This document shows, in pieces, positions 12,108-29,770 of a stretch of DNA of 64,000 bases. The notes under the pieces were generated by a model. The model worked only from the letters and a program-made list of their open reading frames with translations. It was not told where the DNA came from and did not search any database. The first letter of the stretch is position 1. The number at the start of each line of letters is the position of its first letter. Source of the DNA: Balanoglossus misakiensis (taxonomy: Eukaryota; Animalia; Hemichordata); assembly GCA_040954595.2 (NCBI GenBank), contig CM082586.2:5380509-5444508 (forward strand), in the 5' to 3' direction. The position numbers and the translations under genes are program-made.

Positions 12108-13788
12108 CATTTTGAATTTTGTTGTTAGGGAGAATTTGCCCATGGTGACAAAAACGCCAGCAGGTAAAATGCGTTGTATAAGCTGAGCGTCACCTGAAAC
12201 CAGCCTAAATAAACTGCGGATTCTGCGATTTGAATGCCCAGAGGAAGTTTAGTTGGATTATATACACTAAACAGTGGCACGTGGTTGCAGCGTGAGACCA
12301 GACGCTGAGACAAGGTGTTTTGTTGAATTTTTTGGAGAAAAAAAAAGTGTTTGCGGCACGCGTCATGAACGAGCTAGCGGTGGCAACGGAGTGAGTATTT
12401 TTTTTCTGCGATGGTCCAAACAGGATCGGTCTGGCCTGTTGAAAGGATGTTTTCTGCCTACATTCTGCTGAACTCATTCATTCACACAATAGACGGCGAG
12501 CACTTCAATTTCATATAAGCGTGGTGTTAACATCATGCATTGAGGTCAGTCAGCGGCGATAAGAAACCAATGTCAACCCGCAGCCGTTAACGTATACCGT
12601 CCAGTGAAGGTTACAATGTGATGGTGAGAATTTGACGGTGTTGGGTCTTCAGGTAGCCTTCGGTTCGTTTTAAAGCAAATTTCTCCAGCGAAAACGTCGT
12701 GCGGTTCCTGCCAATGTGATTACCAGTAGGGTGAACGTTTGAATTGGTACTCGCCTTTCGCTTTATTTTCTACTGTGGTATATGCGTCATCGGGTGGAGC
12801 ACAGGTGAGAGCAGTCAGGACGTGAAATCTTATATAAGTCGCTCTAAGAGTTGGAGGACGAAGACACTCTAGTACTGGTATTACCACGTTAACTGGGTAG
12901 GTGTGATTTCATTCGAGTTCCGTCGTAATCTATCCCTGATTTCATAAGGCGTGTGGGCAGCATAACGACGAATGGGGTTTTGTTGACACTGTCTTTTATG
13001 GTTGCCCCAAGTCCGCCATGAACTGCGTGTATTACTAGTAGAACCGCATGACTTGACTTGTCGACGGATTCCCACGCATCCGTGAGTCCAGACGGAGTTG
13101 TGGCATTGAAGTGTGTCGTAATCCTAACCATGGCCAATGAAATCTACTGTGAGCATTGACCCAGGTGTGGAATGTCTGGTCTTTATGAACACACTGACAA
13201 AATAGAATTTCTCACATAGCTGACAGACGGTGTCGTTCGCATGGTACCTGTTATTAACAGATTGAAGGTAAAATTGTAATATTTACGTAAAGGGCACTGG
13301 GCGAAATCAGTATATGCAGCGCGGCCTTAGTGACGTACACACATGCATACCAACGTAAACATACATACATACAAGACAGCGTTTTCCCCTCATAAAGAAC
13401 AGTCGGTAACGTGTTCTAATGGCAGGTTAATTACTCGTGTTAAGATTTTTGTCACCTTTCTCGACGTCAACGACGCGTGATAGCAACGTTATAATGCCAA
13501 GCTTGTTTTATATTGAGTATTTCAAAAAACGCTTTTCTTTTAACGAGGGCGCTCTTGTCAGTTCTTGTTGCCTTTGAACAGTGGTTTTATGATCATCACA
13601 AAGTACTAATCAAAGGGTTAAATGAGTAAAACTAATTTGCACTGAAAAGAACACATTTAAATGTTAGTCGCGACATTTGCTTATTGTAGACGTTACAGTG
13701 CTCTTCCCTAGGCAGTATGCACTTTATTTTCTTGTCTTTTTGTGAGGCAAGTAGGGAAATACATGTGCACATGTACATGTATGTACTT

Positions 13789-14135
13789 ACACACACACAC
13801 ACACATACATCCATCCATCCATCTACCCATCCATCCACCCCATCCATACATACATACATACATACATACATACATACATACATACATACATACATACATA
13901 CATACATACATACATACATACATACATACATACATACATACATACATACATACATACATACATACATACATACATACATACATACATACATACATACATA
14001 CATACATACATACATACATACATACATACATACATACATACATACATACATACATACATACATACATACATACATACATACATACATACATACATACATA
14101 CATACATACATACATACATACATACATACATACAT

Positions 14136-14178
<43 letters not shown>

Positions 14179-14212
14179 TACAGACACATACACACACATA
14201 CATACACACAGA
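13789..14212. repeat. Compound microsatellite (CA)n-(CATC)n-(CATA)n-(CAGA)n
   Basis: Direct reading; ~290 bp pure CATA run; source of the MYVC/HTYI ORFs. Confidence 0.98.
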
Positions 14213-15946
14213 CAGAGCAGCCAGCAAGGTATAACCCAAGATTTGCTGGAGGCAAATAGTTGCACACATAACTGATTAATTTCACAACAAATAAATTGAA
14301 AGGTCCAGTATTTGCAATTATGATTACCATTCAGTATGATCAATCGAGGTATCTTATTATAATTTCTTCTTCGATTCCCCACGGCATAATATCCATCTTC
14401 TCAACCTATTATGTGTTTGCCTAGTAGTCGACATTGTTATTGTTAAGAAATTGCATTCAAGTCAGGACGTGAATGCAATTGCTTACTGTAACAATGGTCG
14501 CTACAGATACGCATGACTTCATGGCATTGATGGGCAGAAAACTGAGGCGGACAAGAAATGACAGTTGATACACAAAAGAAAAAGAAATCTGAAAAATAGT
14601 CGATGTTACAGATGCTGGCCACTTTAATGCATGTCCCATGCTTCATATTAATTCTACACTTTCTTACTTTACGTTGCCAGCCCCTTCGCCCAAGTTTTGT
14701 TTTCACATCAAGTTATAATAATAAATCTACATTTAGTTTCCATATTTTATTTTTTAAAACCTGCATCATTCAGTTGTGCAACGTGTCACAAATAGGCACC
14801 AATATCTTAATATGCGATGAAATATTGCGGCACGTTTCTCTCGACTCGGTTGGGGGGGGGGGGCAGGTAAAATTAAGTTTGTGCTCACTCATCATTTATA
14901 TATGTGCCATTGTGACCTTCAAGGTAAAAATCGTGAAAATAATGCAGAACAGCAGATAAAATCAGTTTTGTTGCATGTTCGCACTTCCAGACTCTCTTTT
15001 TTGGGGACAACAAGGAGTGTTGGGTCAAACGCGTTGAGTGTAGTTAGTCACGAACGTGCATGGCCCCTTAAAGGCCGGCGACCTTAAAAGTGGTATCAAC
15101 GCTGGGTCATTGTGTACATTCATGTTGACAAGTCAATGGGATCGCAGGGACAGTCTGAATAATCGAAATGGCTATTCACGTGTTCTTTTGTTTGCTCAGT
15201 GCAACCATAGACCCTCGCCGTGCATCCAGTTGTGGGGGAGGCTGAAACACTGTGCCAACTGGTCACGCAGCCCCACTATCAACGGGGTGACTCGGACTCT
15301 GAGTCCAAGACTTGAAGGTCAACCGGTCGAGTCTCCCGTCTGAACTTCTATTGATGACGTCACGATGATCAGACAACCATGGCCATGTCACCTGAATGAC
15401 AAAAGTCTCCGCCATTGTGTCTCCGACACGCAACTGCAATACAATTATTATTTGGAATAAGGGGGCGCATTGCCTTAGATCATCATTGTCATTGTGGCCT
15501 TGACGAAGAATAGACTCCAAGTATATTAAAGGCATAGTCACCTCTAAATGACATTCGCCCTTATATATCTAAAACGTCACATCAACTGGTGGCGTTCCCT
15601 TTCTTCGTGTGGCCACCCGGTGAGAATCTGTCAAGACGAGATCTCAATTTGCCATGGTAACTGTTAAACTGTGGCTAAATATTCATAGGTAAACATGTAC
15701 CATTCACTGCGTTCAGTCATATTTTTAAGAGAGTAATATATCGACAGTATAGACAAACAGACTAAGATTTATGATTGGAACATTTGTTAACCTGGCGTTT
15801 TATTGTATACGCAAGAGTGTCATTAAGTTATAAATTTAGTTGCAGCAACAACTATTGTCCAACATATAATTACACCTCTACGCTTTCTTTTTTCTTCATT
15901 TCAGGCTTTTGTTTTCGTAAACTGTATTTGAAAACCTGAAAGAGTG

Positions 15947-18900
15947 ATGAGGATACCACGGGTAAGTTATGATAATTATAGTCTTTTCTACATGATAGCG
16001 GGTTTTGTTCATGGAGTCCTATGTCCCGGTACTTTCAGTGCAACTGTTTGTCCAATTCCTGTCGAGAACAGTCTCTAACAAACAACCTATTTCAAATGCA
16101 TACAATATCAAACATCACACTGTTTTATCCACGTCTATGTCATCATGTACTCATCTCGAGTATGTTCGCAAATTGTCACGGTAACCTTTCGCATGTATTC
16201 CTAACTCGCCGAGTCCTCGCAAGATTTGATTAAAATATTTTTTCCTAAGTGTTTGAGTGTGATGCTAAATACGTGCACGTACTGACTGATCGACCTTTGG
16301 TGTGTGTTTCTTTTTTTTTTATCGAGAAACCGACTTCAAAGGAAGAAAACAACATATAAATGTATATCTGCCTTTGATGCTGTCACTTGCATTGAGAATG
16401 AAATTCAGTGTTCAGAAGGTTTTCGTGTAAAGCTGTCATCGCCAAAATGAAAAACTTGAGCGATCCCTCAAACGCACTACCTGTATATGAATAATGACTG
16501 GAGACAGTTGTTGATTGTAAGTCTGCGTGTATACACCAATCCAACCTCAATAAAGACCACCATCATGTTCCCAGCATAATACACACATTGTGAGGTTTTG
16601 GCACAACAGAGTCTATCAGCAATAAGAGAAGTTAAGAGCTTCCAACACCAGCAAGATCTGGTTCGACTGCATTGTTTGCTGTGACAGAACACAGACAAAG
16701 GGAAATTGTTTTCCTTTGTGCGGAAAGTTGGTCCCTGTGACCCAAGAAGAGTGAAAGATTCAGCGCATTCCGAACTGAACACATTTATCGGGAGAGGGGT
16801 GCACATCTTTTAAGATTTCTTAAAAGGGGAGCTGATTTGTCTTTCTATTTTTCGCGGCAGATTGTTTACTTTGGAAGTGTCACGGTTGTTGGAGAAGTTA
16901 TCATTGTTTACCATGGACGACTCAACAAAAATTGAATGTGCAAACCCCACTGAACATATAATGAGCGGGTGTTCGGTCAAAAGACATTTCTCTGAAGGCA
17001 AACAATGGGCTTTTGACATTCAACCAGCGATGAAAATGAAAACGTCCACAGCACAATTTTCTTCAACAAACAACAGGCCACTCCTGCATTCTGCTCCTGA
17101 AACCATAGCAACAGCTGGACATCTGGGAAAATGAACTCTTACTTAACATGCACATAGTCAAGCTTAAGCAGATACTTTCACACGTGCTATCCTATTCTTG
17201 ACCTAAGTCAAATTTGTTCAAATTGTGGGGATATTAGCTTATTTGTATTTCGAGGAAATTTGCCACTTTGGTTAAAACTGCTCTGCTCGAGACAATCCGT
17301 TGTGAGTGTGGAAGTTGTGAGATGCGTACTTGTTCAATGCCCCTGGCGCTCAACATGAATTGTCGCTCCTCGAAGGCCTCGTTGCACAACCTTAAAAAGA
17401 AAAGAAAAGAAAAGAAAAGAATAGACCGAAAGCAAGTTCGAACATTAAAAATACATGCTGAGACGTGCTGGACCTGCTGAAACTGTTTACAAATTGAAAA
17501 GAGAAAGAGAAGTTTGGTAAAAAGTTTTCTAATATCGTCATATCATAATATCGTATGTCATAAATGTTGACCATCATGCATCGCTTTTGTCCCGAGTCGG
17601 CCATCTTTGCCCGGAGATTTGTCTATGGGGTTTCCCCAGACCCTCTTTCTGGAGTGCCCAACGGAAGAAGCAGGGGGGTCTGGGTAACCGAGACTAAGAT
17701 CGGGAATAGACCGCAAATTGGGTGAAAAGATCGGGCAAAACTATAGTACACTGTGCGCATGAAATATGGAAGAAAGCGAAGGCAGTTCACTATTTGAATG
17801 CGTAGAACGCAAAAGTTGCAGAACATATGGATTGGATGTAATGTCTGTACACACAAAATTACGCACATGCGCATAAGACGATCGCCGGCCTTTAAATGTG
17901 TCTGTACTATAGTAATTGAGTGAATTCTCTTCTCTTTCTTTTATTTTGCAGCGATATCGGCCTACCCGGAAAGTCCAGGTCGTGATATTAACTGTGGTGG
18001 TTGTCCTCAACGTGATGATTATCATGCACCACCAGGAAGACTCTGTTTTGTCGCAGAGTCTCTGTCCATCAAAGGTAGATCAAGACCCCAGCGTCTTTCA
18101 GATGATCCCGTCACTTTGCAAGTACGACGCGAAGGGCCACTTGAGACTTTCTGGGGGATCCGTGTCCACTGTAAACAGAACAAGGCGATACAGAAGAAGG
18201 GGTCCGCGCTACTTATATCTGCCGCAGGTTAGGCTGTACAACACCATGCTCAAAAACTGGACTTTCAATGCGTCGGCAGCAAACGAATTCAGGTGAGCGC
18301 ACGAACAGGCTTCCTTCCGTGTGATTATGATTAAATCCTATAGTCTTGCTAGGAATTTAATCTCTAAGTTCGTGAATCGTCAATTTCATTGCATATTGAC
18401 AAACACAGTGTACTGTAGGTGAGCAAGTATCATGTGACCAGATATTGACCAATCGACACGATGCCATGCTATACATCTCGATCGTTTAGGTCCCCCTAAT
18501 GAACTGTACACAACACACAATCTTCTGCTTTACACAGTTTGAACAGAGAACCTACTCTACCGATTCACTCTGTGATTTATTCATCGCACACAACCACCCA
18601 CCCACCCAAATGCCCACCCCTGTCCACGCAATGCCACATCACTAGAATAAAACGGGGTCTCGATTAAACTTCGTGCAGTAATCACTAGGCCTATATAATG
18701 AATGAATACCATATCAAACTTTTTTGTACATGTAATTTCACACCCAGTTATCTTTTTATAAAATTCAGGTCAACGCTTCGGAGAAACTGCAGTACTTCCG
18801 AATTATTTGTGGTGACTAAGAAAAATGTGAGGATAAACGAAACGATTCGGTACGAGGCTGCTCTTAGTACCGGTTTAAACATAACTGCTGAAATGTACGC

Positions 18901-20358
18901 GCGATTCCCCGAGGTAAGATTTTCATCGCATTATGATTAATCACAAAATGTTGATGATCGAGATACTTGTCACTTTTGGGACAAGGAATAAGTCTATGTC
19001 AGGTATTCTCAGCTTGCCACAATCTAACACGATGTTTGCATCTCATTATTTTTTGGCTGATGGATGTGATCTGAATTGTTTACAAAATATGCAAGCATTT
19101 GGTAGTAACTACGAAAGGAGATTTTCCGTCGTTTGTTAGCACTTAACTGTTCTGGTCGTCTGTCTTATTTTAACAGAGCATGCCTTACAGCCAGCAACGT
19201 TTCGGCAAGTGTAGCATTGTGGGTAATAGTGGTATCGTTTCCGGGTCTGGGTGCGGGAAATCCATCGACTCTGCAGATTTTGTCATTCGGTAAGCCTACT
19301 CTCTTATTAACACCATCTTTAAAATCAAAGGAATGCATGTTCTTATTATTTACTTTAATGCATCATAACAACTGCGTGAAATGAATAAAATTAATGAAGT
19401 CTATACATTCTCTCGAGACGAAAGCTAATCAAACAGTCACAAGTAATCTGTGTTCATGTCTACACCCCAGGTCAAACTTTGCCAGGGTCAGAAATTACAC
19501 GGAGGACGTCGGTAACAAGACGAACCTCATGTCCTGCAATCCGACCATCATCCTCGACCGGTGAGAAAAACTTGAAACATGTGTGCCTCAACTTTTGTGT
19601 GTGCAAACTATTTGTGTGAGTGAGTGAGTGAGTGAGTGAGTGAGTGAGTGAGTTATTGCAGACAATCACCATCTCACTATCGAATTGTTCGTTATTGTAA
19701 TATTACAGTTATCAGGGTCTCAACACCAGTGAATGGAAGAAGCAGTTCGCCAGAGACGTGATTAAAGAGTACGGACAGACGTCTCTTTGGATTCCGGCAT
19801 TTTCAAGTCCATTCTGCACCGACCTGGCTTTCCTGGCGCAGGATACATTGCGAAATGTTCACATCCCAACTATATTCCCACATCCAGAACATTTCATACA
19901 GGCCAGGGAATTCTGGCAACACAACGGAATAAGTGCAGTCAGGATATCAACAGGTACTGCGCATGCCCTATTTGGTCGTCCAGTCGTACAATAAACACCA
20001 GATGAATAAATGAACATTTAATCAAAAAGATTGAAAATGTTTACCAGTTTACCCGAGAATAATCATCGGTTATTTCTTCCAGTCCCCTCACCATTAATTT
20101 AAATTCGTCTCCTTTTCAGGGATGATGTTGATCACGGGCGCCATGAACTTTTGTGAGGAGGTTCACATTTATGGATTTTGGTCGTACCCAGATGGTCCAA
20201 CGGGGAAACTACTCAACTACCACTATTTCGACCCGTCGGCGATCATGTACCCGGCCTGGAAGGCCAGGAGACATTGGCACCACATGCATTCGGAATTCAA
20301 GTACCTGGTAGCACTTCACAACCAAGGAGCCATTCATTTGCATATCGACGAGTGCTGA
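15947..20358 (+). CDS. Alpha-2,8-sialyltransferase (ST8Sia family, GT29), type II membrane protein
   Basis: Exons 15947-15961 (MRIPR), 17952-18292, 18769-18913, 19177-19289, 19471-19560, 19709-19953, 20120-20358. [20 protein letters not shown]; sialylmotif [32 protein letters not shown]...DVGNKT; ST8-type LWIPAF; motif [25 protein letters not shown]; motif III HYFD; VS HHMHSEF; ST8-typical C-terminal Cys (HLHIDEC). Confidence 0.95.
19616..19652. repeat. (GTGA)n microsatellite
   Basis: Direct reading. Confidence 0.9.
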
Positions 20359-22589
20359 TTAACACCAATGGTGTTCAATCTGAATCTCTCCTGAATATTC
20401 TACTTCTCTGAATAGCCGTGACTGACACCGCGTCAATCTGAACACTGTGGGGCGCCATGTATCTGTGCATTCACTACTGTGACAAACTTATATGCATGAT
20501 TTGTAAATAATATATGATGTACATATAAATGAGTTAAATAAAGACGTCTAAGCATGTAAATTTGTTAAAACGTGCACAGGTGGCGCTCCATAGATGACCT
20601 CATGAGATGACGTAACTTGTTTCGCCTGAAGTCAATCACAGGTTCGGCATCTGTTCCGCTGATTGGACATCAACTGGCGAGTTAGTATTGCAAGCATAAT
20701 TAGTCCCGCCTCTTCCGCATTATTACACCCAATCAACAGAGGATCAGATTGTGTGATTGACTTCTCGGCGTTTCAGCATGCTCACGAAGCTGACTTCAAG
20801 AGTCAACACGTAGCACGCAACAGACCGCCATGTTACCACTTATACTACTAAGAACCACGAAAAGATGGAGGAGGTCTTACCAGCCTCGAAAGCAGCCTTA
20901 TTTTATACCCGTGTGGAATAACACAACGATGCAATGATGACATTTGGACGTTCCGTTCCGTTCCGTTCCAAGGGAATACTGCCCTCTACAGTGTCTTCCG
21001 TCTGCTGAACGGCTTTGGCCGTATCGCTCCAGCAACCGTTGGGCAACTCTTGGTTTAAAAAATTGACATCCAGTGTTTGATGCAGGAAAACTCTTTTTTT
21101 TTTTTTTTTACTCTCAAGTGATGTTATTTCATTGTCATTTTACGAACAAACTCCCTTGATTTAGCTTTTCTACATTACTACATGTATTACAATTTTCCCA
21201 ACGCTAAACAATATTTGATTTCATGCTTGATGTTCAATGTTTAGTGGTTAGAAAGTTGACAAATTGCTACAGTAGAGCCTGAAGAGATTATATTTTATCT
21301 TGATTCCATGACTTCCACATGTTTTGTATATTTCTACTACAAAATTTCAGGTATAAATTTACCTCTGAATGTGCATAAGTTAACCAAGGCCGAATGATTG
21401 CCGTCCATTGGGGCCATGACATTCCTTTAATGATAAAGTTATACTTGATATTTTTTTGCAAGTATGGTTAGTCGAAATCGAAACTGCAAAAACGATTATA
21501 CGTTCTTTACCACCGTTTGGCACGGAAATCGGTGCGTATGATTACGGGCTTAAATTGTATTCAAAATTTTCTCAGAAGCAACCGATCCAGATTTAAGTTT
21601 GCTTAACTGATTTCTAACATGAATGATAGGCTCTTTATGATGACTGGAAATTATGATAAACATATCGATCTTATATTATGGTAAGTTTTGATATTTTCTG
21701 TCATTGTCGTCAGAACAACCTCGAATGAGAAATTTGGTTTGCGGAGTCCCACGAAAATCCTCATTGTGATGTATATCGATTATGCTGAAAATGTCAGTAT
21801 TACATATTTGGGGGATGGCAATATTGTGTTTTGGGAGCAATTTTTTTGTAATCGTTGATAAGTTCTTGACTGATTATTTGAAATTCAGTGACAAGTTTAT
21901 GTTGTGTTTGCCTTGACAGAATTGTGATGAAATCATCAAATAATAAAAAAATAACAGTATTTTGGTTTTGAATATTAGTCATGCTTAAATATGAGAAGCA
22001 AACCGTGGCCATACATTCTGGTTAGGCCTAGGGCCTACATGTCTATTAAACAAGTTTTGATAACCGTGGGCAGAATACTAGTCAACATTTTTGGCGTCTG
22101 ATGGTGGCTTTATTGGGTGATGATAAACTTTTGCTACCCGATCCACGATGATCAATCACTCCGTCCCACAACAACCAAGTATGAACAGAATACATGTATC
22201 CCCCTTATCAGCTTGCAATTGGCATACAGATATAAACACCCGCTCATGACAATTTTCCGGATACGCTCATTTACTTTTGGCTGGGCCATGCATGGCAAAA
22301 TATTTAGAAACCAAAGTTGTGGTATTTCTTATATGAGGCTACCTGCCCACCAATTCAGGTATATTAGCCAGAAACCTGTGAGAATTATTGCATTTTCTTG
22401 CTCCAAGACTGTGTGATACTGAAATGCGCGTCCGCGTTACGTATAGAACGTCACGTGGACGCGACGCTAATCACACGTTTAGCTGAACATTGCGTCTCAC
22501 GTGACTAAGCAAGACGCGTCACGAAGACAGTGTTTGTCACCGAGGCAGGGTACCAGCCAAGGTGCGAATCTGTATGTAAATGAACGCAC

Positions 22590-23022
22590 ATTTCCAACTC
22601 TTGGTGGCGACATTTACAATTCCTGAACAGACCGATTGAATCTATTTGCCTACCAGGTGCGAATCTGTCTGGAAATGTACGCACGTTTTCAATATATATT
22701 TAAATTTTGTGAACAGGCTATTGAATTAGGTCAACGCCCGGGTCAACGTAAATTGGGGCGTCTACGTTGCACACCTGTTCCAAGAGTGTAGAGCCTAATT
22801 GACCAATCACAGGTGATGCGCTCTATCTGTTTCGCTTGTGCGGATAGTAACTGACCAATCAGAATTGTCGGGTCGAAATTAATAATTAATTAGCCAAACA
22901 GGAACTTGGGTGACCTAATTCAACATGCCTGTTTACAAAATTTAAATATAAATTGAAAACGCGCGTACATTACCAGACCTGGTCTGTTCGGGATTGTAAA
23001 TGTCGGCACCGAGCGTCGGAAA
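22590..23022. mobile_element. Fold-back/MITE-like element with long imperfect inverted arms
   Basis: 22668-22733 (tctggaaatgtacgcacgttttcaatatatatttaaattttgtgaacaggctattgaattaggtca) is the near reverse complement of 22911-22977. 22591-22633 (ttccaactcttggtggcgacatttacaattcctgaacagacc) pairs with 22981-23021. Confidence 0.75.
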
Positions 23023-23671
23023 TTTTCGTGAATAAAAATTCTCATTACGGCATGACTACACAAAATTAATTAAAGTAGATAAAATTAACTCAACATACAT
23101 ATTTGAGATGCTAGTAAAATTAATTCCAGATCGACTGCATCATAAAATTATTTCCACCACACGAAATTAATAAAACATAATTTTGACCAGAACAGACCCC
23201 ATAGCTATTTGTTAGTAATCAGAAATGGCCTGTTTTCCTGGCGTTTAAGCACCCTGCGGGGAATCCATAACTTTAATTTTGGCTCACCCAACTTTATTTA
23301 TGTTGGAAACTAACTGCCAATATCAGAGTTTTGTGCATCAAAATTAAAGTTGCTTTCTTCAAAATGAAAGATGCCAAAATTAAGAGTTTACATTAAGTTC
23401 AATGCGTTCGGATACATCGTATGTTGCCATGCAATTGCATGTAAGGAAACCTTTCAGGAACACATATTGACGCGATATATACCATTGATGAACTCGTTTG
23501 AACTTTGACCAGGAACATATAAGTCCCGTGTATCCCGTCTGTTTATTTCACAACCTATTTCCGTGTTGTCACCAACAATCTTACCTTGAAGAGGTGACAG
23601 CGCAGAGTCGCAGAGCAAAACAAAGATTCGTTGTGACGTCCTAAATTCGAGATTATTGTACAAGAACGGCG

Positions 23672-28090
<4,419 letters not shown>

Positions 28091-29743
28091 GCCAAGTCAT
28101 CGTTGAAAGCAGGCTAGATTTGAGCAAGTCATCACATTAAAATATCCATAATGTTGCTTTGATTAGAAGTCTTGCAAAACAATTTGTATGCGTACAAGAA
28201 TATACGGCAAGCTTGATGAAATCCAATTTCAGATTCTCATACGAAACTTGCAGCTGCATTGGTGCCCGACCCAGGAGTCAAAACCGTTATCATTCAATGG
28301 TGGCAATCGTGCGCTTGTAAGTCCAGAAGTTCTGTCTCAGGCAACGATGCCTACATTGTGACCGAAAATGGAAGTTTATTTAAAAGAGCTTGCGGATCAG
28401 ATTCTAGGAATTAAAAAAAAACTTAAGGAAGGATGGTCATAGTGTTGATTCTTTGCGTTAATTTCGATTAGCAAAGATTTTAGCACACGTTTTACGCAGC
28501 TGATGATATTATCCTAGAAGAGTCAGTACATTTATCATTTTTACCGTACGTTGTTGTGTTATAGAATGTAAACATTCTAGTTTTGTTTGTGGAAAGAATC
28601 GCGAAAATGATCTCTGACTTTCGCTTTTCGAAAAAGGAAGTTTAAAAAGCTGTAAAATAGAAAGATTGTTGTTTTCATAAAGCCCTGGTAAGAAAGGGAC
28701 AAAGTCGCTCATATTTTGATTATTTTAATTTCTTGTCATGGATTCTTGATGGTGATCAGCTTTTGAAATGTTGTATGTATTAGTTCAATAATTGGGTCAT
28801 TTGGTGAAATTTAAAACACTGAATCATACATACGTGGGAAGTATTAATGGTTTATCTTATTTTACTGGCGGTGGTAGACGTATGCGAAAACCCCCATATA
28901 TAAACTGAGAAGCGAAAGTAACCAAAAAATAATATCAACAGACGTCTCTATCGGTGCAGTCAAAGAAAAAGGGAACCAGATTCATGTATATGTGTACATA
29001 TATATATATATTTGCCATGGCAACTGCCATTGGTCTGTGTGTGGGGAACATGAAGTGGAAAAACAAAAGATTAACGCTCACGAATGACGAGGGCACCATA
29101 TCACGAAACAGTATAATAATACATGTAATACGTAGTCAGAAATTATTCTGTAATGATTGCCTGATCCAAAATAAATGAGCTTTTTAATATCAATACTGTT
29201 TATTTTGTGAATAGTTTATTCTTTTTAATGAAATATAAAGTTTTAAATTTTAGTGTTAACGAAAATAACAGTCATATTGTTTTTACGAATCGTGGGCTTA
29301 GAAAACATCGTTTTCTGTGACTTGTCAAAATGGCGGTACGTTTGAAGGTAAGTGTCGTCTGTTTGCAGACTATAACTTGATATTGCGTTTAAAGTGCGAT
29401 TTCTTCTTATATTTTAGTGTCCATTTATTTTACTGGTATCGCTTATCATGAAAAACAGTCCCACACAGAAACAGGCTCCCAGATATGTATTGATTTCCCG
29501 TACGACTCATGTCCGAACATTGTTGACATTTGTGAACTTGTGTGTCAACTTTTGGAGTCTGCACAAAAGTTGCTCGGCGCCAGGGCAGGGGCCCATCATC
29601 CGCTGTTGAATACCGCTCACACACATCGTCATGCGTTATTTAATAAAACACCCGTAAAATCACCCCTACCTTTCAGTTCCATCGTTTCTGAAATGGTGAT
29701 TGTGATAACACTGCTGCTATAACCTTGCTTGCGTACATGGTCG

Positions 29744-29756
29744 GTTGCTTGGTAAT
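29744..29756. promoter_or_regulatory. X-box-like motif GTTGCTTGGTAAT 15 bp upstream of the MYND gene ATG
   Basis: Near-consensus RFX site immediately before ATG 29771. Confidence 0.45.
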
Positions 29757-29770
29757 GGTGCGTAATCATC

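Noticed and set aside
12881-13137. 82 aa minus-strand ORF (MAMVRITTHF...)
   Set aside because: No recognisable domain or supporting splice partners; cannot be supported.
13632-14382. Long MYVC/HTYI ORFs of 148-232 aa
   Set aside because: Stop-free frames of the (CATA)n microsatellite; no coding signature.
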